64,000 nucleotides of DNA from Limnothrix sp. BL-A-16. Lineage in GTDB: Bacteria > Cyanobacteriota > Cyanobacteriia > CACIAM-69d. The notes under the pieces are model-generated. The model was not told the DNA's origin, ran no database searches, and saw only the letters and a list, made by a program, of their open reading frames with translations. Both the position numbers and the translations under genes were made by a program. This document shows positions 10,386 through 21,191 of the stretch, one piece after another. The stretch lies in the NCBI GenBank assembly GCA_041937175.2, contig CP166615.1:1184001-1248000 (forward strand), in the 5' to 3' direction. The first letter of the stretch is position 1. Every line of letters starts with the position of its first letter.

Positions 10386-13094
10386 TTAATCGACCGTTTC
10401 CGAAACCGGGAAGCGATCGAGTAGGGCCCGCGCTTCGCTGGCCCGATCCTTCAAGTCTCCCGCCAAATAGGGCACATGAATCACCTGGGAGAGCAAATCC
10501 AGCGTTCGGCGCACCATCCGCACCACATCCCCATCATCCAAGCTGGTGCGGGCCGACAAGTCCGACCATTCCGCCCCCAAGGCCCACTGCTCCACCAAAC
10601 CGATCAGTTCGTCTTCCAGCAAAATCGGCAACATCACCCGATAGCGCCGCTGAATCTTGAACAGTTCCCGCCGTTGATCGCTCAAATCTTCCAGGGTGGC
10701 CAACACGCCATCCGTAGGGAGTGCATCCGTCCAAGTGTCTGGGCGGGGTTCTTCAATCAGCAGGGCCGCACAGGCGGCGGCCAGTTGGGGCGGCTCCAGG
10801 CGATCGAACTCGCCAGACATCAGGGCCAACCCCAGCCACAGCTCATTTTCTCCGCGCAACGTGGCGATCGCCTGGCCCAATTCCGTGGGCTTGTGGTTTT
10901 CGTCCAAACACTCAAAATATTGCAGAATTTCAATCAAATTCACGAACTCCTGCCAATAGCGCTCAGACATACGCCCCAACTGGCCGCGTTTTTCCGCCAA
11001 GGTATCCGCCAACGTATCCAAGCTGTGCAACGCCTTGAACAGGTACTTGCGATTAGTCCATTGGGAAACGGGATGCTCCTCCAACTGAGCCGCCACCGAT
11101 TCCACCCGTTCTCGTTGCTCAATCACTTCCGGCGCATCTTCCGGATCGGGCAACACAGGAATCCGATGAATGATGGCTAGGGTTTCTTCGTCGCCGGCCA
11201 GGTGCTGGCCAGGCCGCAGGGGCAAAGCCACCGGGGGTTCCAGGCGATCGACCGCTGAAATGCGCGGAAATTCCCCGTAAAGGCCCGCCACATCCTCGGT
11301 TTTCACCACATGCCAAGCATTGTCAATCCCCAAACAAACCAGATAGGGGAATCGACCGGAGCCAGCCACCTTCAGCACCAACACCGCTGGCAAAGGTTCC
11401 TTCACCGGAATTGACGGCCCCTTGAGGGCCAACACGGTTCCCGCCACTGCAAATTGCAAAGCGGGAGCCAAGTCCTTGCCGCGCACCACCTCCGCCTGTT
11501 CTTGCAAGGTTCGCAGCAACCGTTCTTCGGCCTTGAGTCGCTGGTTGAGCTTTTCGTATTGGGCCACTTGGGCCAAGTCCACCTCGGCTGTTTGGGCTTG
11601 CAGTTGCTCCAGCTCGGCTGCCAGTTCCTCCACCTCTTCTTGGTAGGGAATGAGGTGAATGGTGGAGAGGTATTGGCCAAAGCTGCGTTCCACCAGGCTG
11701 CGCGCTTCCTCTAGGGAGTGGGTTTGCAGCAGGTTCAGCACCATGCCATAGGTGGGGGTGAACTGACTGACGAGGGGATCCGGTTGGGAGGTGGCCAGGT
11801 GGGCCGCTTCCTTGGCTCCTTCAAAGGGCGTTTGCAGGGTCACCACATAGCCCTGAATGTCTTTGCCCCGGCGACCGGCTCGGCCAGCCATTTGCAAAAA
11901 CTCGGAGGCGTTCAATAGGCGATGTCCCCGATCGGTTCGCTTAGACAGGCTGGAAATCACCGTGGTGCGGGCGGGCATGTTGATGCCGGCGGCCAGGGTT
12001 TCCGTGGCAAACACCACCTTAATCAGGCCGTCTTGGAACAGCTCTTCAACAAGGCTTTTCCAGGCGGGCAAAATTCCCGCATGGTGAGCGGCAATCCCCC
12101 GATAGAGGGCGGCTAGTTGGCCATCGCGAGCTGCGCCGGGATTTTTGACCAAAAAACTATCGATGCGGGTTTTGAGGAGTGCGGCTTCGCGATCGGACAC
12201 CAAGGAGAGGCCGGCAGCGTTGGCCACGGCCCGATCGCACCCTCGGCGGCTGAAGATGAAATAAATGGCCGGGAGCATGTCCCGCTGCTGGAGCTGGGCC
12301 AGCACAAAGGCAATATCCGGCGTTTCGGCCCGCAGATCCCGCTTCACCTGGTCGCGGGGCTTGCGACGGTTGCGGCGCTCCGACTTGAACTGAGGATGCA
12401 GCCGTTTGCCTTCGTCATCCAGCAGCGGAAACAACCCCTTGTAGTTGCCAAAGCTGAACTGCAAGGGCACTGGGCGAAAGTCGGAATAAATTAATTCCGT
12501 GGGCCCATGGACATAGTTCAGCCAATCCGTGAGCTGTTGGCTGTTGGCCACGGTGGCCGACAGGGCCACCAGTTGAATTTCAAAGGGGCAATAGATGATT
12601 GACTCTTCCCAAACGGTTCCCCGCTGGGAGTCGTTCATGTAGTGACATTCATCGAGCACCACCGTTTGCACATCGGTCATGGAAGTGCCGATTTGCCCGA
12701 TCGGGGTGCCATAGAGCATGTTGCGGAAAATCTCCGTGGTCATCACCACCACGGGGGCATCGCGGTTAATGGACACATCCCCGGTCAATAACCCCGCTTG
12801 ATCTTCGCCAAACTGCTCTTTAAAGTCGCGGAATTTCTGATTGGAAAGGGCCTTGAGGGGCGTGGTGTAAAACACCCGTTTGCCTTGGCTGAGGGCGCGA
12901 TAGATCGCATATTCACCCACCAGGGTTTTGCCAGAACCGGTGGGGGCACAAACCACCACGGATTTGTTGGCATTCAGCGCCTCGATCGCTTCCAATTGAA
13001 AGCGATCGAGATCAAAGGCAAAAACATCGGCAGGAGGCGGCCCTTGAGCGATCGAAACTGAGCCGGCCTGGGGCGAAATGGGGGAAACAGTCAC
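10386..13094 (-). CDS. Ski2/HelY-like DExH-box RNA helicase with DSHCT-type C-terminus
   Basis: APTGSGKT, TPLKALSNQK, DECH, SAT, ATETLAAGINMPA, QMAGRAGRRG and C-terminal DDGDVVR. Confidence 0.92.
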   Translation of the reverse strand: MTVSPISPQAGSVSIAQGPPPADVFAFDLDRFQLEAIEALNANKSVVVCAPTGSGKTLVGEYAIYRALSQGKRVFYTTPLKALSNQKFRDFKEQFGEDQAGLLTGDVSINRDAPVVVMTTEIFRNMLYGTPIGQIGTSMTDVQTVVLDECHYMNDSQRGTVWEESIIYCPFEIQLVALSATVANSQQLTDWLNYVHGPTELIYSDFRPVPLQFSFGNYKGLFPLLDDEGKRLHPQFKSERRNRRKPRDQVKRDLRAETPDIAFVLAQLQQRDMLPAIYFIFSRRGCDRAVANAAGLSLVSDREAALLKTRIDSFLVKNPGAARDGQLAALYRGIAAHHAGILPAWKSLVEELFQDGLIKVVFATETLAAGINMPARTTVISSLSKRTDRGHRLLNASEFLQMAGRAGRRGKDIQGYVVTLQTPFEGAKEAAHLATSQPDPLVSQFTPTYGMVLNLLQTHSLEEARSLVERSFGQYLSTIHLIPYQEEVEELAAELEQLQAQTAEVDLAQVAQYEKLNQRLKAEERLLRTLQEQAEVVRGKDLAPALQFAVAGTVLALKGPSIPVKEPLPAVLVLKVAGSGRFPYLVCLGIDNAWHVVKTEDVAGLYGEFPRISAVDRLEPPVALPLRPGQHLAGDEETLAIIHRIPVLPDPEDAPEVIEQRERVESVAAQLEEHPVSQWTNRKYLFKALHSLDTLADTLAEKRGQLGRMSERYWQEFVNLIEILQYFECLDENHKPTELGQAIATLRGENELWLGLALMSGEFDRLEPPQLAAACAALLIEEPRPDTWTDALPTDGVLATLEDLSDQRRELFKIQRRYRVMLPILLEDELIGLVEQWALGAEWSDLSARTSLDDGDVVRMVRRTLDLLSQVIHVPYLAGDLKDRASEARALLDRFPVSETVD

Positions 13095-13244
13095 GCGCGG
13101 CAGTTACTCAAACGGGGTGAAGGGGCGATCGGCCTTAACCTGTTGGATGGGTGATGCACAGGCTAGAACCGTCTTCAATAGTAGAGCGAATTGGAAAACC
13201 CGTGCCACCACGCCCCCATCCCCCAACCGGCTCAAGGGTCATTC

Positions 13245-14633
13245 CTAGGCGGGCACTTCCGCCACCAGTTTGTGGCCACTGAGGGCAGACTTGCGGCTGT
13301 CAAAGAGCTTGCCCAGCCCCTCCGTCACGTCCGCCACAATCTTTTGGGGGCATTCCGCAATGAAGGCCTCGGCGGATAGTTCACCGGCAAAGAAGGCCTT
13401 ACCCCGATCGCGCAGTCGTGACATTTCGTCATAGCCCATGGCCTTCACCATGTAGGTCGTGAGGGGCGAGTTTTTGATGTCGTAGTCAAAATCCTGCAAC
13501 CGGCCCACTTCCACCAGGGTCAACACCTCCTCTTCAATGGTGTTGCGGGGGTAATAAACATGATCCAGTGCGGGCAGAAAGTCCGCCAAGGAGGAAACAT
13601 TGAACCCTTCGCTCGGCATTTCACCCATCAACATGGACAGGGGAATATCCTTGCCAAAGCGCATGGACAGGGCTTCTAGAAAGGCGATCGTAAATAACTT
13701 TGTGCCCAGATAAAGGCGACCAATTTCCAAGTTGCTGCGAGCCTGTTCCACCAGAGCATTAAAGGTGGCATCGTCTGGCTCATCGCGAAACTGATGAAAA
13801 ATCCGCTCCGGTTGCAGGGAATTCATGAAGCCTTCCATTTTTTGGAGGGCAACCCGGTATTGATAGACCGTATAGGAGGTGGAAAACTTCAGATTGTGGT
13901 TGGTTTCCGGCAACAGGCTCCAGGTGTTGTCCAAGAACCGAGCGGCGCTGGGGTTGGCAAAGCTGCCCACGTCCCGGTTAGCCAAGCGCACCGATCGCTT
14001 GACGGTTTTTTCAATTAACGCCTCATCTAGCCCCAAATCATATTTTTCATTGACCAGGTTCAGGCGCTGATACAGAACATCACAGTTACTGAACCCCTCG
14101 GCACTTTTGGGCCGAAACGGAATCGTTCCCTCAATGCAGGCGGTGATTTGGGCAATCAGGGCAGCGGGGGCATAGTCTTCTAAAATTTTGCCGGCGGCCA
14201 AGGCACTGAGATACTCATTCATCCCGGCATAGGGAGAGAGGGTCTGCCCCGGCCCAAAGCCAAAAATATCGGTGACCAACGCAAAGGTTTGGTCTTTTTC
14301 CAGCAGTTCCGACTGATCGCGAATAATTAAAGCTTCTCCCTCTTCGCGTACAAAGGGGGTGATGAAGTAGCTGAGGTTGAAGTTAACGCTGCGATCGACC
14401 TGGACATAAACCAAGTCGTGGAACAGGGCCGAGAGCACCTCGATCGGGTCTTCATGGCCCCCCACTTCAAAGATGTGCTCCGGCGTGTGGAAATAGCGCC
14501 ACGGGCCGGTCATGGTTTGCACGATCGTGGCGGCAATCTTATCGAGCGGGGCCCGATCAATCGACAGCCCCGATGCCTGAGTTGCCCACACAAGCTTCTC
14601 AAGGCATTCTTCTCGATCGCGTTCTCGGCTCAT
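13245..14633 (-). CDS. Conserved protein with HD-like metal-binding motif
   Basis: 462-aa ORF with RYFHTPEH...ALFHDLVY...NRDV pattern. Confidence 0.7.
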   Translation of the reverse strand: MSRERDREECLEKLVWATQASGLSIDRAPLDKIAATIVQTMTGPWRYFHTPEHIFEVGGHEDPIEVLSALFHDLVYVQVDRSVNFNLSYFITPFVREEGEALIIRDQSELLEKDQTFALVTDIFGFGPGQTLSPYAGMNEYLSALAAGKILEDYAPAALIAQITACIEGTIPFRPKSAEGFSNCDVLYQRLNLVNEKYDLGLDEALIEKTVKRSVRLANRDVGSFANPSAARFLDNTWSLLPETNHNLKFSTSYTVYQYRVALQKMEGFMNSLQPERIFHQFRDEPDDATFNALVEQARSNLEIGRLYLGTKLFTIAFLEALSMRFGKDIPLSMLMGEMPSEGFNVSSLADFLPALDHVYYPRNTIEEEVLTLVEVGRLQDFDYDIKNSPLTTYMVKAMGYDEMSRLRDRGKAFFAGELSAEAFIAECPQKIVADVTEGLGKLFDSRKSALSGHKLVAEVPA

Positions 14634-14835
14634 CGCGTTGCCCCCGATAGGTTTGCCTGATGGTGATTAGACAGCCTCCCCACCGTTGGCGGTTGGGAAT
14701 CTCAATGTCTAGGTTGGTTGAGGTTGAATCTTCCGAATCTTAACCGACATTCTGAGCGAGGCGGTCGGAATCATCACTTTTGAGCTGTTTGGCTCCCCGC
14801 CCAGCGGTCTGGCTCTGTCCGATGAGCTAAACACC

Positions 14836-14877
14836 AGTCCATGGCATCTAGTCCATGGCATCTGGCCCATGGCATTA
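14836..14877. repeat. 14-bp tandem repeat (AGTCCATGGCATCT) x3, third copy degenerate
   Basis: Read directly. Confidence 0.75.
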
Positions 14878-15025
14878 AGCGGCATTTCTTAATCGCATTT
14901 ATAGCGCATGGGATAGGGTCTAGGGGTGATTTTTGACACCAGTACCCATGAGGTCGATCGGTCAGCAGTGACGCTTCGGGGCCAGCGCTGGGGGAAATCG
15001 GCGGGGGAAACCAATGATATTCGCC

Positions 15026-15637
15026 CTAGGGGCATTCTAGCGATTCTCGAGTATCTGCGCCGGTTTGGGGATTAGTGCCAGCCGCATATTCACAGAGCCG
15101 GGCCGCTTGCAGGCGATCGAGCGCTGCGTAGGTAAAATCGGCTCCCTGTACCTTGGCCCCTTTGAAGGTCGATCGCAGCAACATCGCATCGGACAGCACC
15201 GCATCGGTTAAGTCCGCGCCGTTGAAATTGCTCAGGTAGCCAATTCCGTTGCTGAAATCCACGCCTTGCAGGTTTGCGCCGCTGAGATTGCTGCCATTGA
15301 AAACGGCTCCTCGCAAATTGGCCCCATGGAAGTCGGCTTGCTCCAGGTTTTCGCTGGCAAATTCAGCCCGCTCCAGATTTTGGCCGGCGAAGTTGCGATT
15401 GCTCACTTCCGCATCGTCAATGGCCCGGATGGCGGCAGAGCTAGCAGCCCAAGCAGGGGCAGCGATCCCCAGCCCAATCACCATTAACAGGGCCGTGAGC
15501 GCGATCGCCCCCACGGCGGCCCGCAACCGGGAAAACACGAAACCGCGAGGCAAAACACCAAAAGACAGAAAACCGCAGGACAGGATCGATCGAGCTGATC
15601 GTGAGAGTTGGGAAGAATGATGGGCAAAAACGATCAT
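15026..15637 (-). CDS. Pentapeptide-repeat protein with signal peptide (lumenal/periplasmic type)
   Basis: A(D/N)LxGA repeats, AxA signal cleavage (APAWA), C-terminal C...GTNPQTGADTRESLEC. Start uncertain. Confidence 0.85.
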   Translation of the reverse strand: MIVFAHHSSQLSRSARSILSCGFLSFGVLPRGFVFSRLRAAVGAIALTALLMVIGLGIAAPAWAASSAAIRAIDDAEVSNRNFAGQNLERAEFASENLEQADFHGANLRGAVFNGSNLSGANLQGVDFSNGIGYLSNFNGADLTDAVLSDAMLLRSTFKGAKVQGADFTYAALDRLQAARLCEYAAGTNPQTGADTRESLECP

Positions 15638-15770
15638 GACGGCGATCCCCGAAAGACAGCTTGAGAAACGGCTTGAGGCTATAGGCATTTTGCCATGAGC
15701 CTTTTCGAGCCGATCCGTCGGTGGTAATTTTTTCGGTGATGATTTTTGAGGAAGGAATTCTCGGACGGTA

Positions 15771-15880
15771 GGGCTTGTCGTCAAGTCACCTGAACCCCTG
15801 ATTCCACCGTTGGCAAATCGTTTGGGGCAAGGGGCTTAAGCCCCTTGTCTAGGGCGGTCAGGGCTTTGAAAATCATGACC
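15771..15880 (+). mobile_element. MITE family 2 copy, right end truncated
   Basis: GGGCTTGTCGTCAAG left end; palindrome at 15828-15847 (57-bp offset); arms align with 18773-18915. Confidence 0.65.
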
Positions 15881-18280
15881 CTAGGGCAGCACGATCGCCT
15901 CACGGGCCCGACGATCGCGTTGTCGTCGGTAAGCCCACAGGCTCGATCGCAACAGTAACCCCAAGGAAGCTAACTCCCCGGGCGACTCCCGAGACTGCCA
16001 CTGGCCCGGCTGGCAATAGAGCCATTCCACCAGTTGCCGCTGTTGGGTCGGGGTCAGGGGTTCCCAGGCCACTTCCAACAGCGCTTCCCCGGTTTGGGGA
16101 TCGCGATCGGGCTGATGGAGCACTCGCACCGGCAAAACCAAGGGCTGCCCAAAGGCGCGATCGATGAGGTGTAATTGCCCCTGCTCCGGGTTCTCGGCGG
16201 TGGAACTCAGCGGCGGGAAATCCGTGAGCATCGAAGTGGCCTTGGTCGCTGGGGATGGTTGCGCTTCTCCCAACAGGATCCGGCGCACCGTTGCCCAACA
16301 GGCCCCAATCCCGGATTTCGGAGTGGGTTGGGGCGATCGAGTGAGGGCCACAATTGCTCCTGATTCGGAAGCCAAACGCAGCGTCACTCCCATGGGCCAG
16401 GGGCGATCGGCCAGTTGCAGCAACCCCGGGCGATCGCGCCGGAACCACTCATGCCGATTCGGCTTCGGAGCATCCACAGAAGCCAAAACCGCCGCCCCTA
16501 TCAACAGCAAGTTATAGGTCAACCAAGCCAAATTCAGTTCGCTGCTGCTTGAACCCACCGGCCAGGGCAACCACCCCAACACCTGTACCAAAGACCAGCC
16601 CCAAGCCATGGCCGTCAGTCCCCAAATGCCAAGCAGCGGCAGCCCCGGCATGGGGTTAAACACTGCCCGATCGCGAGCAATGCCCTTGGGAGTGACCCGA
16701 AAGGCGCGGCCAAAGGGCCGCCAAAGCGTGTGCAATACCGTGAGGGCGATCGGGAAGCAATTCACAATGGCATAAACATCGCCCAACGTGGCCGAACACG
16801 ATCGCCGGTTCAACCAATTGCAGGTGGCCAAATGGGCCACATAAAGCGGCAAAAACCACAGCAACCACTCCATCACATCCGCCTGCATGGGCGAAATGCC
16901 CAGCAGGGCGATCGGCAACGGAGCCACCAGAAACAACAGCCGAATCAGCGACAAGCCCCAATAAAACCAACCTTGGGCATAGTGCAACCGCTGCACCAAC
17001 GTCAGCCCCCGAATGGTCAGCGGATTTTCCGGAATGAAAAATCCCTGCATGGTTCCCGCTGCCCAGCGCTGTTGTTGGGCAATGTAAGCCGACATGCTCT
17101 CAGGCGATAGCCCCGCACTCAAGGCCTCATTCAAATAGCGAATTTGGTAGCCACTGGACATCAAGGCAATCCCCGTGAAGTAGTCTTCGCAAAGACTGCT
17201 GGTGACAAAGCCGCCCACCTGCTCCAGGGCACTGCAGCGCACCACAAAGGATGAACCATAGCAAATGCTTGCGCCCACGCCGTCCCGCACCGACTGGATA
17301 TAGCGGCTAAACACGTCACGGTTTGTGGTGAAGCGATCGCCCAGCCCCAGGTTATAGACGATCGGGTCTGGGTTGAAGAAATGCTGGCGAGTTTGCACCA
17401 GTCCCACCGAGGGATCATGGAAAAAACCCACCGTTCGCTGCAAAAAGTTGCGAGTGGGCACAAAATCCGCATCAAAACAAACGATTAATTCTCCCTGGGT
17501 GTAACCCAAGGCATGATTTAAATTACCGGCCTTGGCATGGGTGTTGTTTGCCCGCGTCAGGTAATGACAACCCAGGGATTGGGCCAAGTCACGCACCTCG
17601 GGCCGCCGGCCATCATCTAATAGATAAATTTGCTTGGGGCCGTAGTTCAGCGCTTGGCAGCCAATTACCGTGCGGCGCAACACGTCCACCGGCTCGCCAT
17701 AGGTGGGAATCCAAATATCCACGGTGGGTTGATAGCCCGTGGCGACCAACGCGGCGGCCCGGGCCGCTTCGGCCCGGCGATCGCCCGATCGCAACATCAG
17801 CGCCAAATCCAAACCACTATTCACCCAAAGGGCAATTTCACAAACCAACAGCAAGCCACTGGCCAGCCCGTCGCCCACCGTGCTGAAATTCAGTGTCATG
17901 GTGACCCGCCAAACGATGTAGCGCAGGGTCAAAGCACCCACGATCGCCACCACCAAGGCGCGCGATCGTTGGCTGGGCATTCGTCGCCAGCGAGGTACGA
18001 GGGCCACCGTTGCCACCAACCCCACCACCATCGCCACTAACCAACTGCGATATTCAGGCTGGTCGGGTGTTTGTCCCAACAGTTCCAACCCCCAAAGGGG
18101 CAACATCAAAGACGACTGGGCAAATTCCGTCAGGCCGGTGCAACGCGCCAGGGACTCCGCCAACAACAGCATTAGCCCGATCGCCCCGGCCAAAATGCCC
18201 AGCCAACGCCCCGTCAATCGCCGTGGTTTTTGACCATGCGCCCGGGCCGGCGAGGTACGACGTAACCAAGAAAGAGTCAT
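15881..18280 (-). CDS. Cellulose synthase-like processive GT2 (BcsA/CesA-like)
   Basis: DDG, HAKAGNLN, FDADF, CED and QQQRW (D,D,D,QxxRW) motifs with multiple TM helices and a degenerate PilZ-like tail. Confidence 0.88.
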   Translation of the reverse strand: MTLSWLRRTSPARAHGQKPRRLTGRWLGILAGAIGLMLLLAESLARCTGLTEFAQSSLMLPLWGLELLGQTPDQPEYRSWLVAMVVGLVATVALVPRWRRMPSQRSRALVVAIVGALTLRYIVWRVTMTLNFSTVGDGLASGLLLVCEIALWVNSGLDLALMLRSGDRRAEAARAAALVATGYQPTVDIWIPTYGEPVDVLRRTVIGCQALNYGPKQIYLLDDGRRPEVRDLAQSLGCHYLTRANNTHAKAGNLNHALGYTQGELIVCFDADFVPTRNFLQRTVGFFHDPSVGLVQTRQHFFNPDPIVYNLGLGDRFTTNRDVFSRYIQSVRDGVGASICYGSSFVVRCSALEQVGGFVTSSLCEDYFTGIALMSSGYQIRYLNEALSAGLSPESMSAYIAQQQRWAAGTMQGFFIPENPLTIRGLTLVQRLHYAQGWFYWGLSLIRLLFLVAPLPIALLGISPMQADVMEWLLWFLPLYVAHLATCNWLNRRSCSATLGDVYAIVNCFPIALTVLHTLWRPFGRAFRVTPKGIARDRAVFNPMPGLPLLGIWGLTAMAWGWSLVQVLGWLPWPVGSSSSELNLAWLTYNLLLIGAAVLASVDAPKPNRHEWFRRDRPGLLQLADRPWPMGVTLRLASESGAIVALTRSPQPTPKSGIGACWATVRRILLGEAQPSPATKATSMLTDFPPLSSTAENPEQGQLHLIDRAFGQPLVLPVRVLHQPDRDPQTGEALLEVAWEPLTPTQQRQLVEWLYCQPGQWQSRESPGELASLGLLLRSSLWAYRRQRDRRAREAIVLP

Positions 18281-18704
18281 AGGTTCAGAATCGTTACAAC
18301 CGTCAAAACGCCATTCCGTTTCGCTATTTCGTTTCGCTATCTCATGTCACCGTTAGGACTCGATCGGATCTAACTCGATCGCTGGTCACCCGGTCGCCTC
18401 TGCCGTACTCATCCCCAAGGCCACGCTTACTCAGCCACTCCAGCCTAGGGACTCCGGATTAATTCGGCGGTGACCCCTGATCGAGCAAGATGCGTCGTTC
18501 ATCACTCCCTCTGCCAGAGTAACAATTCTTCGTAAAAATATCTTTACAAAATAATGGACGCTGATAGGCACGATGAGTAAAGGTGATCGCAAGCTTCAGC
18601 AGCGTTGAGGCGGCGATCGCCCCAACCCATCACAATCCACCAGCGGCATCGGGGCGATCAAGCTATAGTCTGATCAGAATTTTGATCAGCGATTGCGGGG
18701 CTTA

Positions 18705-18915
18705 GAGCTTGTCATCAGCTTGCCTGAAACCCTGATTGCACCGCTAGCAGATCGTGGAGGGCAAGGGGCTTAGGGGCTGTCGTCGTTTAGCCCGAAGCCC
18801 TAGATCTGCCGTTAGCGGATCGTGGGGAACAAGGGGCTTAAGCCCCTTGCCTAGGGCAGTTGGGGCATGGAAAATCAGCCGTTTTCACTGGATCCCCAAA
18901 AATGGCGATCGGCCC
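18705..18915 (+). mobile_element. Nested MITE family 2: left half (18705-18772) plus full copy (18773-18915)
   Basis: Two colinear left arms. The second begins GGGGCTGTCGTCGTTT directly after CAAGGGGCTTA and ends AATGGCGATCGGCCC. Confidence 0.72.
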
Positions 18916-19017
18916 TAGATCGGCGCTGGAACTAGCGCTTGGATCAGCCGCCCAAAGTCCAACTTCCTCGATCGTGCTTGAGCAGCCTTTAATCAGCCGG
19001 AATACCTAGAGAAACCC

Positions 19018-19740
19018 ATGACAGCCGTAGACATTTTGGGGATTTTGCATCCAGGGCTAGCCGTTGTCCTTGTCTTCCCAATGATTGGCATTGTGTCGCG
19101 GGCCGCTTGGCAAGTTCGCCAACGTCGGCTTGCCACCGCCGCCGGTCAAAAATCAAAGATCCCGCCCGCCGTTGGCCTCGAACATGTGGAGATTGGGCGT
19201 TGGCTGACGGGATCCATCGTCGGCATTATTTTGGTTGCATTTGCCTACATTTTATTTGCAGACAAAACCAACCTCTTAGATGCCGCTAATTGGAGTCAAA
19301 AAGGCGGGCTATTTGCAACCCAGTTAGCATTTTTTGGTGTAACGATCGGCTCATTGGTTTGTTTATATCGCTCCAGCAGCAAACAGTGGCGAGCTACATT
19401 TGCCACCCTGTCCGGCATGGGTCTGACCATCATTGCCGCCCAAGAAGGAATCTATCGCCGCGATCATGAATGGTGGGTTTCCCATTTTTACTATGGAACC
19501 CTGGCTGGCCTATTGATGATTTTCGCTTTGGCAATTTTGCCGGAAATTTACCGCAACAAGACCTGGCGCAAAGCCCATATTGTGGCCAATGTGGTTGCCC
19601 TGTTGTTGTTCTTAGGCCTAGGATTTACCGGCGCAAGGGATTTGTTGGAGTTGCCCCTCAGTTGGCAGAAGAGCTTTGTGTATGGTGGCTGCAATGCCGA
19701 AACTCAAACCTGCCAAGCGCCTGCCCCGCCAGCTCCATAG
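19018..19740 (+). CDS. DUF4079-like membrane protein
   Basis: LHP...HVEIGRW...SHFYYG...WRKAHIV...GARDLL, a His-bearing multi-TM pattern. Confidence 0.78.
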   Translation: MTAVDILGILHPGLAVVLVFPMIGIVSRAAWQVRQRRLATAAGQKSKIPPAVGLEHVEIGRWLTGSIVGIILVAFAYILFADKTNLLDAANWSQKGGLFATQLAFFGVTIGSLVCLYRSSSKQWRATFATLSGMGLTIIAAQEGIYRRDHEWWVSHFYYGTLAGLLMIFALAILPEIYRNKTWRKAHIVANVVALLLFLGLGFTGARDLLELPLSWQKSFVYGGCNAETQTCQAPAPPAP

Positions 19741-19793
19741 TTTGCAAGGGCGATCGTCTGCAACCGAATCAACCGCAAGGGATCAACAAGGGA

Positions 19794-20183
19794 TCAACCG
19801 CGCGATCGAGTAATTTCCACCGCAATTGTGCCCGCAAATTCTGGAATCGGTGCGGCCGGCTTCGTTACCCGCACCACCACCCGCTCCACTCCCTTCAGGG
19901 TCAACAGCCCATCAGCAATGTTTTGGGCCACCCGTTCAATCAAGTCCACCTTGGATTGGGAAACGGTTTGGCGAATATGCTCGATCGCCGCGCGGTAGTC
20001 CAACGTATCTTCAATGCGATCGCTCTGGCCCGATGGAGCCAAGTCAATATCCAGCGTCGCATCCACCTCAAACCATTGACCCAGAACTTTTTCTTCTGGC
20101 AAAAGTCCCGTGTAACCGTAGCATCGCACTTGCGAAATATAGATTCGATCCAAACTCTGAGCCAAGTTTCTTCTCCCTACCAT
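19794..20183 (-). CDS. folB: Dihydroneopterin aldolase
   Basis: YGYTGLLPEEKVLGQWFEVD, DTLDY, LIERVA, VTKP. Confidence 0.92.
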   Translation of the reverse strand: MVGRRNLAQSLDRIYISQVRCYGYTGLLPEEKVLGQWFEVDATLDIDLAPSGQSDRIEDTLDYRAAIEHIRQTVSQSKVDLIERVAQNIADGLLTLKGVERVVVRVTKPAAPIPEFAGTIAVEITRSRG

Positions 20184-20348
20184 TGCAATTCAGCAGCAAT
20201 TAAGCGGCATTGTTGGCAGCTTCAAATCTTTGCAACTCCGGTGCTTACGGCGCGGAGACACCAGGGGCTGTGACTTTGCCCCCTGCCTAGACCTGTCTAG
20301 ACCTGAGTTGTAGAGCTGCACTGAGTCACTGCATTGAGTGGCGAAAAC

Positions 20349-20786
20349 TTAGTTGCTAAGGGTGCTGGGTTCCAACCGCTGACAAGCCGCTAATCCCAAG
20401 CCGGGATCCGCTCGGTAATCATCCGTTGGCACCCACACGGTCACCGAGCGATCGCCCATCACCTGGTAAAGATATTGCACCGTGGCATCAAACAGCGGCC
20501 CCACCCGCAAGTTGGAAAAATCATCTTCGGCGCTTTCAAACCCAAACCGCACTACGATTTGTGCCAACAGGCAACCGGGAGTGTCGATCGACTCGCCTGA
20601 AATTTCCCGTTCCTGCCAAAACTTGTCTAGAAATGGCTCCAAAACCGGCAAAACCTTTTTAGGCTGACCATTCCGACTGGAATAGACAACTGCGGAATTG
20701 CCCTCAACAAGAATGTGACACGCCGTACCCATAACCGCGCCCAAAGACTGGTGAAAAGACCCAAATGCTTGCGACACATCCATCAA
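20349..20786 (-). CDS. Hypothetical protein
   Basis: 145-aa ORF with protein-like composition filling the gap. Confidence 0.6.
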   Translation of the reverse strand: MMDVSQAFGSFHQSLGAVMGTACHILVEGNSAVVYSSRNGQPKKVLPVLEPFLDKFWQEREISGESIDTPGCLLAQIVVRFGFESAEDDFSNLRVGPLFDATVQYLYQVMGDRSVTVWVPTDDYRADPGLGLAACQRLEPSTLSN

Positions 20787-21191
20787 ACCATCAAAACCGT
20801 CTTCATCTCGAAAAATTTTGAGTAGGATAGTCTGCGAGACCGCCCCAGCCCCGATCGCCCCGTGGATGTTGGCTGAAGCTTATGACCGAAGAAGGCCCCT
20901 AGCCTCCTTTCCTGAATTTGGCCTTTGGGCTAAACCGTCCAGGAAAGGGCCCGGCAACCCGGTTAGGAGATAACTAAGCGTTGCGGTAACACCATGACCG
21001 CCGCCACAATCCCCTAGACTTGGAAGCCAATGGGTTCCTCGCCCCAGCCCCCAGCCACCGTACAGGGTGCAACGGTGCGATGCAGTCCAACCGGCCGCCG
21101 ATTTTTGTCGGGCCACCCTGGCCGTTGGCACGATCGCCCGTGGGTTGCTGAAGTCGCGCGAACGCAGAGTTAACCTCGTTAGATTTTTTCG

